Below, one piece after another: positions 42,774 to 52,965 of a stretch of DNA of 64,000 bases (within the stretch, counting starts at the first letter, position 1; each line of letters begins with the position of its first letter). The position numbers and the translations under genes are program-made. This DNA is from Acidobacteriota bacterium (GTDB lineage Bacteria > Acidobacteriota > UBA890 > WLXD01). Location: NCBI GenBank assembly GCA_963666055.2, contig CAXWPH010000015.1:288001-352000 (forward strand), written 5' to 3'. The notes below the pieces were generated by a model that worked only from the letters and a program-made list of their open reading frames with translations, had not been told where the DNA came from and ran no database searches.

Positions 42774-43090
42774 GCTCCACTCCGCTATGACCTCGTCTTT
42801 CGCGACGAGTTCCCCGGCCCGAACCTTGAGCGCCTGTTCGGCAAGGTGCCTCTGCGCCCGCTCTTTAAGCGCCCGTTCGCGTACCGCGTCGAGGAATTCC
42901 CCGGACGGCGCCTTATCCTCGCGTGACGCCATCCACGCCTCGACGTCCTCGAGTCGATAGGCGTGCGGCCGGCCACGAGAACCACGCCGCGCCACCGGCA
43001 TCCACCAGCTTCGGAATCCCCTTCGCGCTCCGGCCCAACGCCGCCGCGAGCTCAGCTCGCCCGAGTAGCTTTTCGACTCCCAGGATCTCA
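42774..43090 (-). pseudogene. Phage terminase small subunit (Nu1-like) remnant
   Basis: HTH-like RAELAAALG; Y.LEDVEAW; ERALKERAQRHLAE....RAGELV; frameshifted. Confidence 0.55.
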
Positions 43091-43162
43091 TCGGTGTGAT
43101 CACGCCCCAGGAACGAGCCACCTTCGAACCCCTCTCCCGGCCGTTGCAGCTTCCACAGATCT

Positions 43163-43600
43163 TCAACCCTGACGCGGCAGGTCGCCACCGGCGAATAGCG
43201 TGAAGTTCTCGAGGCGCTTGTTTTGATTCAAGTTCGCCGACGTCGTGTAGAGCACATCGAGCTTACCGCCCAGCACGAGCACAAACTTCGCATGGCTATT
43301 CCACACCCGGATAGCTTGATCGCCAAACAGATGACGCGCGCGCCCGCAGTAGCGCGGTTGCCTCGACTTGAACGAACGATCAACGAGCAGGCGAAGCGCC
43401 CTGATCCGCCCATCTTGCAGCAGCCGCTCCGCCCGCTCGATATCCGCATTCGCCGCGGTCCACGTCGACACCGTGACGTCGCTAGGACCGCACCGCTCGA
43501 GTAGCTCTTCGATCCCATCGATCAGCGACCACGTCCCGTCAGAGAGGCCATGAATCGAACAACCATCGGCGAACCCTTCGAAGGCTTCCGCAGGCCCACG
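43163..43600 (-). CDS. Phage PLD-like (HxK) protein, cut by IS3
   Basis: SMIDGIEELL...STWTA...NSHAKF...TSANLN.N.RLE. Confidence 0.5.
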   Translation of the reverse strand, partial: RGPAEAFEGFADGCSIHGLSDGTWSLIDGIEELLERCGPSDVTVSTWTAANADIERAERLLQDGRIRALRLLVDRSFKSRQPRYCGRARHLFGDQAIRVWNSHAKFVLVLGGKLDVLYTTSANLNQNKRLENFTLFAGGDLPRQG

Positions 43601-43611
43601 GGAGTTGCGAC

Positions 43612-44495
43612 TGGGCCTCCCCCGATTTCCCGGACACCTTTGGAAGCCCGATAATGGGCTCGGAGGTGAAGCATGGGGTCACGACGGCGGTACAGTCGCG
43701 AGTTCAAGATTGAGGCAGTGAGGATGGTGACGCAGCTGGGCCATCCGGTGTCTGAGGTGGCCCGGGATCTGGGTGTTGGCCGCGGCATGTTGACCAAGTG
43801 GCGCAAACAGCTCCAGGAGCAGGGGGTCACGGCGTTTCCGGGCGCGGGGAAGATGCCCGACCAGGACCTGGACGGGCAACAGCTACGGCGGGACCTGCGG
43901 CGAGTACGGCAGGAGCGCGACATTCTAAAAAAAGCGTTGGCGATCTTCTCGGAACGCCCGCGATGAAGTACCCGATCATCAAGCAACTGTCCGGCAAGTT
44001 CCCGGTGCGGCGGTTGTGCAAGATGCTCGAGGTGTCTCACGGCGGTTACTACGAGTGGCGAGGAAGGGGGCCGAGCCCGAGAGCGCGAGAAGATCGCCGT
44101 CTACGTGTGCAGATCAGAGCTGCATTCCGAGAGAGCCGCGACCGTTACGGAAGTCCGCGCATCCACAAGCAACTTCGGCAACGAGGGATCCGCTGCTCTC
44201 GCAAGCGGGTAGCTCGGCTGATGCGCCAGGAAGGACTTCGAGCTCGCCAACCCCGTCGGTTCCGGGTGACAACACGGCCCACACCTGGGCGGTCAGCGGC
44301 GCCCAACGTGCTGGCACGGCGCTTCACGGTGGATGCCGTGGACAGCGTCTGGGTGGGCGACCTGACATACCTGTGGACGCAGGAAGGATGGCTATACCTG
44401 GCCGTGCTGATGGATCTGTGCTCGCGACGGATCATCGGCTGGGCGGTGAGCGAGACGATGACGGACGATTTGACGCTGGCGGTCCTGGATCAGGC
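43612..44495 (+). mobile_element. IS3 family element copy A, truncated (orfA 43673-43966; partial orfB from 43963)
   Basis: IRL TGGGCCTCCCCCGATTTCCCGGACAC; RRYSREFKIEAV; YGSPRI; WVGDLTY, DLCSRRIIGW. Confidence 0.85.
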
Positions 44496-45755
44496 TGACC
44501 TGACCCCACGGTTAGTACCACGTCTTATCTCAGTAACTCGGTGCTGACAAGGGGTTGTTGAGGCCGGCGAAGCGGAGCGTAGCCGGCTTCAACAACAGCG
44601 CCTCCGGGGCCGGTGGTCGGTAGCCCAACGAGCTGTGCGGTCGCATGCGGTTGTACTGCTGCCTCCATCTCTCGATCAGAACCTTTGCCTCCTTGAGCGT
44701 GTAGAAGATCTCGCCGTTGAGCAGCTCGTCTCGGAGCTTGCCGTTGAAGCTCTCCACGTAGCCGTTCTCCCACGGCGAGCCCGGCTCGATGAACAGCGTG
44801 CCCACACCGAGCCTACCGAGCCAGTCGCGAACCGCCTCGGCGGTGAACTCCGGTCCGTTATCGGACCGGATGTGCTCAGGTATGCCCCGGTGCACGAACA
44901 ACCACCCGAGCCGCTCGAGCACGTCCTCACAGTTGAGCTTCCGTGCCACGTCGATCGCCAGGCTTTCTCGTGTGTACTCATCGACGATCGTCAGCAGCCT
45001 CATAGCCCGACCCTCGTGCGTCCGGTGATGGACGAAGTCATACGCCCAGACGTGATCTTTGCGCTGTGGTCGCAGCCGGATGCACGAGCCATCGCTGAGC
45101 CACAGCCGGGCTCGTTTGGGCTGCTTTGTCGGTACTTTCAGCCCCTCACGCCTCCAGATACGCTGCACTCGTTTGTGGTTCACCCACCAGCCCTCCATAC
45201 GCAACAACGCCGTCACTCGCCGATACCCGTAGCGCCCGTATTGTCGGGCTAGATCCACGATCCGCTCCGTCAACATCTGCTCATCGCCCGGTTCTGTTGG
45301 CATGTACCTGTGTGTCGTGCGTGGTTGTTTCAGTACCCGGCACGCCCGCCTCTCGGAGACGCCCAGCCGCCCCCGTACATGCGCCACCGCCTCGCGCCGT
45401 CGAGCTGGGCTCAGAAGTTTCCCTCCGCGACTTCCTTCAGGATCGACAGGTCGAACTCTTTCTCCGCCACCAGTTTCTTGAGCCGGGCGTTTTCTTTCTC
45501 CAGCTGCTTGAGCCTTCTGGCCTGGTTGACCTTCAGCCCCCCGTACTCCCGCCGCCACCGATAGTAGGTGTGCTCGGTGATCGCTAGCTTGCGGCAGGCA
45601 TCCTTGACCGTCCCGCCTTGCGCCAGCTCCACTTCAGCCTCCCGGAGCTTGCGCACGATCTGCTCGGCGCTGTGCCTCTTCGTCGGCATTCTGACCTCCC
45701 CTTTTCGACCCAGATCGTGAGATTACCTCTGGATCCGTTTTGGGGGGTCAGGTCA
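44496..45755 (-). mobile_element. IS3 family (IS407-group) element, apparently intact (orfA 45411-45689; orfB to 44530)
   Basis: IRs TGACCTGACCCC at both ends; GGC on both flanks (possible 3-bp TSD); GGGAAAC frameshift window; [21 protein letters not shown]. Confidence 0.9.
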
Positions 45756-45789
45756 GGCCGAGCTCAGCGCTTTAACCAAGCTGGCCCTG

Positions 45790-46556
45790 TCCGCGTGCCC
45801 CTGTGTCCGAATCAGGCGCAGTACTGTGATGATCAACATCGACCATGCCACGGCGGCCTGATCGGGGGTTTCGAGCACACTCGCCCGGAGGATGCTCTTT
45901 GCCGCTTGTTCGTCTCTCTCGCCCTCGCCCACTTCGATTGTCTCGACGTGAAGGAGGTTCAGGAGCTTGCGGACATCGTGGTCACTAGGGCGGGACCGGG
46001 TTGTCGCGCTCCAGGACGCCCGGATGTGGTGAGCAACAACGTCCAGGGCTTCTCTTCGCCGCTTGTGCCGAGCCCGTCACTGGGCAGCTCGTGGCCTGGG
46101 TGGTCGCGCACGCGCCCCAACGCCTCGCGGAGAGTCACACGAATGGTCGCGGGTGCGTCGACACCTACCGCCAAAACGAGGCGATCATGCGCGGCATCCA
46201 AAGGGTCCTCACCGCCCCCCGGTGCCGTTCTCCCTTGCAGGAACTGCCGAACGAATTGATCCACGGCCGAGGCAAACGGCGCGAGTTTCCCGGCGCGATG
46301 CCCAGCGCAGGAAAGGGAAACGGTCCGTTTTCACCTGTACATACGCGGTATGCCGGGTGCGCGTCGTGACGATCAGGTCATCGACTGGTTCGGGACTTTC
46401 GCAGGCGATTTGAGCTACAGGCGCCGCCAACCGGAATGGCGGTTCCGCATCCTCCTCCGCAAGCAGGTGCACCGCTACCCAGGCACTGACTCGCGCCTGG
46501 TAGTCCGCCCCGCCCCCCATCGCGGCTCCCCCCACGCTCGAGCGCCTACCCACCAC
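45790..46556 (-). pseudogene. Remnant of an N-terminal PD-(D/E)xK (Cap4-like) nuclease domain protein
   Basis: GGAAMGGGADYQARVSAW...ESPEPVDDL...YVQVK, then frameshifted DQFVRQFL...DRLVLAV. Confidence 0.5.
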
Positions 46557-47011
46557 TACTTTGAACCTTCATGAGGCCCCGCACCGTCCCCCCGGCCCTC
46601 CACCGCGGATCGGCGATGGCAGCGTCCGGCGCGCGTCCCAGTAGCACGTTGCCGCGAGCATTGTCGGGCAGTGCCTCGATGTCCGCAAGCACCTCCTCAA
46701 CGAGCCATGATCCCTTTCCGGGTATTCGACGAGATCGTGAGCCCGTCCGAGCCAGACGGACGACGCAATTTCCCGTAGACGCTGGCCGTGAAAGACCTGG
46801 TTCAGGTCGGTCGCTCCCGGTTCCATACAGAGCCCTTTCCATGATGCGTTCGATCTGGGTCCTCGAACGCTGCCGCGAGTGAAGCAAGCCCTAGATCGAA
46901 TAGCTGGACGATATCGAGCCTTGGTCGGTGCAAGCCCCGCCGCAAGCTGGGCACTCCCGGCCTCGAACAAACTCGGCTGGCAAGCCCCTCCGCACACGCA
47001 GCCAAGCTGTT

Positions 47012-47165
47012 TGACCCTGCCCCACTTTTCCGGACACTTAGTTAAGATCCATTGTCGTAGTGGTAGTAGCGGCTGTGGGAGCTGTTGGCAACGCGGAGCG
47101 TTGTCCGAGCGACGGTGGAAATCGGGAATCGATTTCCACGGGCGCATCAGCTTCCACAGCTGATT
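47012..47165 (+). mobile_element. Isolated IS3-type end
   Basis: TGACCCTGCCCCACTTTTCCGGACAC followed by nested palindromes (GTGGAAATCG...CGATTTCCAC). Confidence 0.5.
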
Positions 47166-47229
47166 GGCGGCTCTTGCCTGGCCGCCGCATTGCCGCCTCG
47201 AACTGAGCCGGACTCTGGTCTCCGATCGA

Positions 47230-48074
47230 TCTCGCTCACCGACCAGCCGATGATCCGTCGCGAGCACAGATCCATCAGCACGGCCAGGTAAAGCCACCCC
47301 TCCTGGGTCCACAGGTAGGTCATGTCGCCCAGCCAGACGGTATCGACGACGTCCACCGTGAAGCGTCGATCCAACAGGTTAGGCGCCGCCGGCCGCCCAA
47401 GCGTGGATCGTGTGGTTACTCGGAACCGACGAGGTTGGTGGGCTCGAAGTCCTTCCTGACGCATCAGCCGAGCTACCCGCTTGCGAGAGCAGCGTATGCC
47501 TCGTTGCCGAAGCTGCTTGTGGACACGCGGACTTCCGTACCGGTCGCGACTCTCCCGGAACGTAGCTCGGATCTGCACACGTAGACGGCGATCTTCTCGC
47601 GCTCTCGGGCTCGGTGCCCGTCCTCGCCACTCGTAATAACCGCCGTGAGACACCTCGAGCATCTTGCACAACCGCCGCACCGGGAACTTGCCGGACAGTT
47701 GCTTGATGATCGGGTACTTCATCGCGGGCGTTCCGAGAAGATCGCCAACGCTTTTTTTAGGATGTCGCGCTCCTGCCGTACTCGCCGCAGGTCCCGCCGT
47801 AGCTGTTGCGCGTCCTGGTCATGGTCGGGCCTGGCCCCCACTCCCGGAAACGCCGTGACGCCCTGCTCCTGGAGCTGTTTGCGCCACTTGGTCAACATGC
47901 CGCGGCCAACGCCCAGATCCCGCGCCACCTCTAGACACCGGATGGCCCAGCTGCGTCACCATCCTCACTGCCTCAATCTTGAACTCGCGACTGTACCGCC
48001 GTCGTGACCCCATGCTTCACCTCCGAGCCCATTATCGGGCTTCTAAAGGTGTCCGGGGAATCGGGGGAGGCCCA
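47230..48074 (-). mobile_element. IS3 family element copy B (close relative of copy A), orfA frameshifted, orfB truncated
   Basis: Same IRL and near-identical ORFs to 43612-44495, in inverted orientation. Confidence 0.85.
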
Positions 48075-48112
48075 CCCCTTGGAGGCCGTGAAAAAGGCAG
48101 AGGACGACCTGC

Positions 48113-49930
48113 CGCTCAACGAAGGCCGGGGCGTAGACCCCGGCGACACTTCTCCGACATCTGAGCACCAGTGAAATCCTTGATCGCTCAACGAAGGCCG
48201 GGGCGTAGACCCCGGCGACACGCGGGCTCTATTGAAGCAGCTCGACCAGATCACGCACGCTCAACGAAGGACGGGGCGTAGACCCCGGCGACACTTATCG
48301 TTGCTGCCACCCAGACGGCCGTTCACCTCGAACGCTCAACGAAGGCCGGGGCGTAGACCCCGGCGACACCGGCGCGATGTTCTGTTGCCCGCCAGCTATG
48401 CGGTAGCGCGCTCAACGAAGGCCGGGGCGTAGACCCGGCGACACCCGAGCGAGACCGGGAATGCCATCCCACCGTCAAACGCTCAACGAAGGCCGGGGCG
48501 TAGACCCCGGCGACACGTAGAGAAACGATAGGTATGTAGCAGCCTTTTCATCGCTCAACGAAGGCCGGGGCGTAGACCCCGGCGACACTACCCCAGATGC
48601 AGACCCAGCCGTACTCATCATCAGCGCTCAACGAAGGCCGGGGCGTAGACCCCGGCGACACCCGGCATCCTCGAAAGCTGCCTCCAGCGTGCGGCCAGCT
48701 CGCGCTCAACGAAGGCCGGGGCGTAGACCCCGGCGACACGAGGCTGAACGCCGCAAGCTGGAGGGCATGCCCCGGAAGCGCTCAACGAAGGCCGGGGCGT
48801 AGACCCCGGCGACACGCTTTATGCCACCTACGCCGCTAGCCCACGCGCCGATGTCGCTCAACGAAGGCCGGGGCGTAGACCCCGGCGACACACTGCCTTC
48901 AAGGCCGCGACCGTCGGAGCTGCCAGCGCTCAACGAAGGCCGGGGCGTAGACCCCGGCGACACCCGGCGGCGTGGAGGCGGCGGTAGCCCTGGCGGTGGA
49001 CGCTCAACGAAGGCCGGGGCGTAGACCCCGGCGACACCACGAGTCTGCCGGAAATGCCCTGTCAGCTGTTCCGCCTCGCTCAACGAAGGCCGGGGCGTAG
49101 ACCCCGGCGACACCGCAATATTGCCGGTCCCGATGGACGCGCATAATCACGCTCAACGAAGGCCGGGGCGTAGACCCCGGCGACACCGCAATATTGCCGG
49201 TCCCGATGGACGCGCATAATCACGCTCAACGAAGGCCGGGGCGTAGACCCCGGCGACACGCAGTTTGGGCGCCACCGTATCGGCAGCCGGTACATCCCCG
49301 CTCAACGAAGGCCGGGGCGTAGACCCCGGCGGCACGCCCTTCTTGATCGGCGCCTCGCAAGCCGGACAGATGCGCTCAACGAAGGCCGGGGCGTAGACCC
49401 CGGCGACACCCCTACGATCTGGCGCTGGTGGCAGCAATGGTTCACGGCGCTCAACGAAGGCCGGGGCGTAGACCCCGGCGACACCCCTACGATCTGGCGC
49501 TGGTGGCAGCAATGGTTCACGGCGCTCAACGAAGGCCGGGGCGTAGACCCCGGCGACACTCTGCAGACAAACAAGGTCTGCCGACTGCGGGCGGCGCTCA
49601 ACGAAGGCCGGGGCGTAGACCCCGGCGACACCTCCTCCCACACCCGGTAGATAGGGCCGCTCCCTTTCGCTCAACGAAGGCCGGGGCGTAGACCCCGGCG
49701 ACACTTGGCCACGAGTTTCCTCCACGCCTTGCACGGCCTCGACCGCTCAACGAAGGCCGGGGCGTAGACCCCGGCGACACCGGCAACGTGTGGGCCGGCC
49801 CGTTCCCGCCGTTTGTCGCTCAACGAAGGCCGGGGCGTAGACCCCGGCGACACCCGCTGTACAGGCGCACCTGACTACATCGGGCTGCTGCAGCGCTCAA
49901 CGAAGGCCGGGGCGTAGACCCCGGCGACAC
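48113..49930 (-). CRISPR. CRISPR array: 25 repeats of 37 bp (GTGTCGCCGGGGTCTACGCCCCGGCCTTCGTTGAGCG), 24 spacers of about 35-41 bp, plus one orphan spacer at 48076-48112
   Basis: Repeats counted directly; hairpin GCCGGGG/CCCCGGC; three single-base variant repeats (48258, 48409, 49299). Confidence 0.97.
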
Positions 49931-50150
49931 CGTTAACTGTACGAAAGAGTTTGCACCAAGGCGACACTGTACTGTCCAGTACGCAATAGAGGTGCCATTG
50001 TATCTTTGTTTGCTATTATTCAGTTTGTCTACGCAAAAAAGCGCATTGAGATCCAGTGTTACTCGGAAAGATCCATGGGATAGGCCAAGATTGCCTGCGA
50101 TGACCGCGCTTCGGGTGCGGCTGTCAAGAATCACTGAAGGTTCGCAGATG
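49931..50150 (-). promoter_or_regulatory. CRISPR leader
   Basis: AT-rich non-coding stretch between cas2 and the first repeat. Confidence 0.7.
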
Positions 50151-50152
50151 AC

Positions 50153-50443
50153 TTAGAGCACCCAAGGATCACCGAGTTCGTGATCTTGTCTTCGGCCTAA
50201 TCGTGATGTGGCGTCTTCGATCCTGCCGGGAAAGCGATACACAATCACGGAATCGAGTTGGCGGTCGATGACGTCTTCAATCTCACCGATCATGCGGGCT
50301 AGTCGGGCAGGCGAAAGCCTGCACTCGAAGACCGAGAGCTGTACTCGCTGGCCGTACTTCTCGCATACGTCGGCGATGCGCTTGAGCCGCGACGCCCCAA
50401 CCCCTCCCGTGTCAGCAATGTCGTACGTGACGAGGATGTCCAT
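50153..50443 (-). CDS. cas2: CRISPR-associated endonuclease Cas2
   Basis: MDILVTYDI, YGQRVQLSVFEC, DSVIVY. Confidence 0.93.
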   Translation of the reverse strand: MDILVTYDIADTGGVGASRLKRIADVCEKYGQRVQLSVFECRLSPARLARMIGEIEDVIDRQLDSVIVYRFPGRIEDATSRLGRRQDHELGDPWVL

Positions 50444-50447
50444 CCCT

Positions 50448-51464
50448 TCAAGGCAATACGAACGGGGGGTACGCTGGCAGATCACCGCGCAGGTGACGGG
50501 CGAGCAGCGTTGCCTGGACCGACGGTAGCGCCCAACGGCCAATCGGTCGGCCCAGAAGCTGGTGGTGGATTTCGGCGTCCTTGTGCTCTTCCCATGCCTT
50601 GATCACATGTGTTCGACCATCGTCGCTCAGGTAAACGCCACCGCCCGGCGTGTGGAGGAAGCTGTCGGGACCAACTTGGCGACGGCGAACCAAGGACACG
50701 ACGAATCGGTCGGTCAGCGCACGCATTTCCTCAGCAAGGTCAAGGGCGAGTGACGGCCGGCCTGAGCGCGGACGATGGAAGAATCCGATCTGATAATCCA
50801 GACCGACGCTTTCCGCTGCGCCGATACATTCGGTCACCAGTAAGCCGTAGCAGAATCCGAGCATGGCGTTGATGGGATCTCGGGGCGGCCGTCGAGTTCT
50901 CACCGAAAACTCGAAGTCACTTGATGCAACGGCCTGACGAATCGCACCGAAGTAGATTCTGGCTGCATCTCCTTCGATACCGCGGACATGGTTGGCGGTG
51001 TCGGCGTCGGCCAATCGAGCGATGCGTTCCCGAAGCTGTACACCTCGTGCCGCGAGCCGTTCAGCATCGTCTGGATTGTTTTCATCCCGCGACCACCGGT
51101 TGACGACCTTCCTGCTGTTCTGGAGCTTCGCCGCGACAATAGCCTTGGACAAAGCGAGCACCCGCGCATCGTCCATAGCCGCCGCAAACAGTGCGGTTCG
51201 CAAATGCACGTTGCCGTTAGTCGCGGCGTTGACGACGAACCGGACGGCACCATTCATCTGGAGCGCCGCCACGCGAACACCCCGCCGCACGCACGCTTCG
51301 AGAGCCTGCGTAGTGACCTGCGCGCCCCCCAGCAGAACCAAAGCGTCAATCGCTTCGAGTGGAATCCGCCGACTGCCATCCGGAGAAGAGACGAGGAGTG
51401 CCCCTCGGCGGTGCCGCACGCGGGCACGATGATTCCGAACGTATACGGTGCTCAGGTAGCGCAT
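50448..51464 (-). CDS. cas1: CRISPR-associated endonuclease Cas1
   Basis: RGIEGDAARIYF, RRPPRDPINAMLGFCY, GFFH, SLALDLAEE. Confidence 0.95.
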   Translation of the reverse strand: MRYLSTVYVRNHRARVRHRRGALLVSSPDGSRRIPLEAIDALVLLGGAQVTTQALEACVRRGVRVAALQMNGAVRFVVNAATNGNVHLRTALFAAAMDDARVLALSKAIVAAKLQNSRKVVNRWSRDENNPDDAERLAARGVQLRERIARLADADTANHVRGIEGDAARIYFGAIRQAVASSDFEFSVRTRRPPRDPINAMLGFCYGLLVTECIGAAESVGLDYQIGFFHRPRSGRPSLALDLAEEMRALTDRFVVSLVRRRQVGPDSFLHTPGGGVYLSDDGRTHVIKAWEEHKDAEIHHQLLGRPIGRWALPSVQATLLARHLRGDLPAYPPFVLP

Positions 51465-52069
51465 CCAAATACGACGTTAGCCATGTACCGGTTCACTTTG
51501 CTCGGGGCACTCGCAAGTTCAGGAAGGCAGTGATGAAGCAGCTGGCATTCCGCACAACGGCGGTCGTTGGGCGCCTCCGGTAGCTCGGCTGTCAGCATTT
51601 GTCCTCGGATTTGGCGGATGACCTCGTGCACCTCTCTGCGCAGCCCGGGCGTAAATTCAACCTGAACGCGACGTCTCGGTCCCCCGTACCACACATGGCC
51701 ATGCGGTATCGCGACATCGAGCATCTCTTCGAGACACATCGCCTGCGCGCACAGTTGAAGGTCCGCTGCCGCTCCGTGACGGACGCCCGACTTGTATTCC
51801 ACAGGACGGACGGCGCCACGTTCCATTTCGACTGCATCGGCACGGCCTGACAGTCCCAGCGCCTCAGACCAGAGCGGGATGGCCCGAAGCACCTGCCGCC
51901 CTCGTTCGCGGCGATGCTGCCCGCTGTCGACGCGCCGATGTGCACGGGTACCCCTTACTGTGTGGGCGTTGTCGTTCCATACGCCGTCACAATGAATGAG
52001 AGCGCACTGGCGCGGGCAGTATACGAAGTGCTCGATGGCGGAGATCGGAACGACGAGCTCGGCGCTCAC
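51452..52069 (-). CDS. cas4: CRISPR-associated exonuclease Cas4
   Basis: YCPRQ, GRADAVE, PVEYK, QLCAQAMCLEE, CAECQL...C. Confidence 0.92.
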   Translation of the reverse strand: MSAELVVPISAIEHFVYCPRQCALIHCDGVWNDNAHTVRGTRAHRRVDSGQHRRERGRQVLRAIPLWSEALGLSGRADAVEMERGAVRPVEYKSGVRHGAAADLQLCAQAMCLEEMLDVAIPHGHVWYGGPRRRVQVEFTPGLRREVHEVIRQIRGQMLTAELPEAPNDRRCAECQLLHHCLPELASAPSKVNRYMANVVFGCAT

Positions 52070-52965
52070 AATCGTTCGGCCCCAAACGCCCTCGTCGTGT
52101 CCGCTGAGCCCCTAGGTTCGAACCTGACGCTCCGCCACCCTGCGTGGACGCCCACTCGCGGCCATGTGGGCTTTTGTTCTGGGTTCCAGGCATCCATGAG
52201 CGCGTCGATGGCAGCGCTACCGAGCGGCTGATGCCACGCAGGCCAATGGAAACAGTACGCATTCGGACTCTCTGTGGTCTTTCGCCACCCTCTCTGCCTC
52301 CCTCTGACATCGGCGTGCGGGTTCGAGCGCCGGTCGGCTCCGCGACCACGTACAGGCAGCAAGGCGAGGCCGAAGAACGCGAGTTCCTCGACAACTGGAT
52401 CGATCCAGATCGATGTCCCGTCCGCGAGCGAGCCGAGTCTGGTTTGGTCAAATCCCAACCCGTTGTCTTTCACTCGGACGGCGCGACCAGCCAACGAATC
52501 TCGTATCCGCTCTGTCGAGGGTTCGAGTTGATCGTGAAGCTTCATCAACCGATGATGGAGCCACTTGATCGTCCCTGGGCCTGCGGGATCAAAAGGCGCA
52601 TGTGCTACCTCGCCGTTCCCGTCAACACACAGATCCGTCATCGTTGACGACAGCGTCCAGGAATACTGGTGGCTCCGTGCCGCTCTTGCTCGCGCAACAA
52701 ACGCCTCCACCGGGACCTTTCGCCGTAGCTTGCCGCCACCTTTCCAGTTTTCGGCGATCGGGAGGTCCTTCAGTAGCGCGGTATCCGGCCACGACTCGGC
52801 AAGCGCATCGACCGGGTTGACCTCCGCGGCAGAAAGTACAGCCAGGGGTGCGCCGTGTGTCGTCCAGTGCAGTCGGATCCTTGCATCCAACACCGTGGCA
52901 CCCACGGCCGCGAGCCAGCCGTTAATCCAGCTGGCAGGTAACCCGGGACATGTGACCTGTGTCAT
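52066..52965 (-). CDS. Type I-G (I-U) Cas8-like/Csb3-type subunit
   Basis: Coupled between cas3 and cas4; N-terminal GLPASWINGWLAAVG; ELAFFGLALLPV. Confidence 0.6.
   Translation of the reverse strand: MTQVTCPGLPASWINGWLAAVGATVLDARIRLHWTTHGAPLAVLSAAEVNPVDALAESWPDTALLKDLPIAENWKGGGKLRRKVPVEAFVARARAARSHQYSWTLSSTMTDLCVDGNGEVAHAPFDPAGPGTIKWLHHRLMKLHDQLEPSTERIRDSLAGRAVRVKDNGLGFDQTRLGSLADGTSIWIDPVVEELAFFGLALLPVRGRGADRRSNPHADVRGRQRGWRKTTESPNAYCFHWPAWHQPLGSAAIDALMDAWNPEQKPTWPRVGVHAGWRSVRFEPRGSADTTRAFGAERL

Noticed and set aside
48232-50134. ORFs containing VSPGSTPRPSLS / VAGVYAPAFVER repeats
   Set aside because: These are translations of the CRISPR repeat.
43612-50443. CRISPR-associated transposon
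   Set aside because: Neighbouring transposases are IS3 family; no TnsB/TnsC/TniQ.
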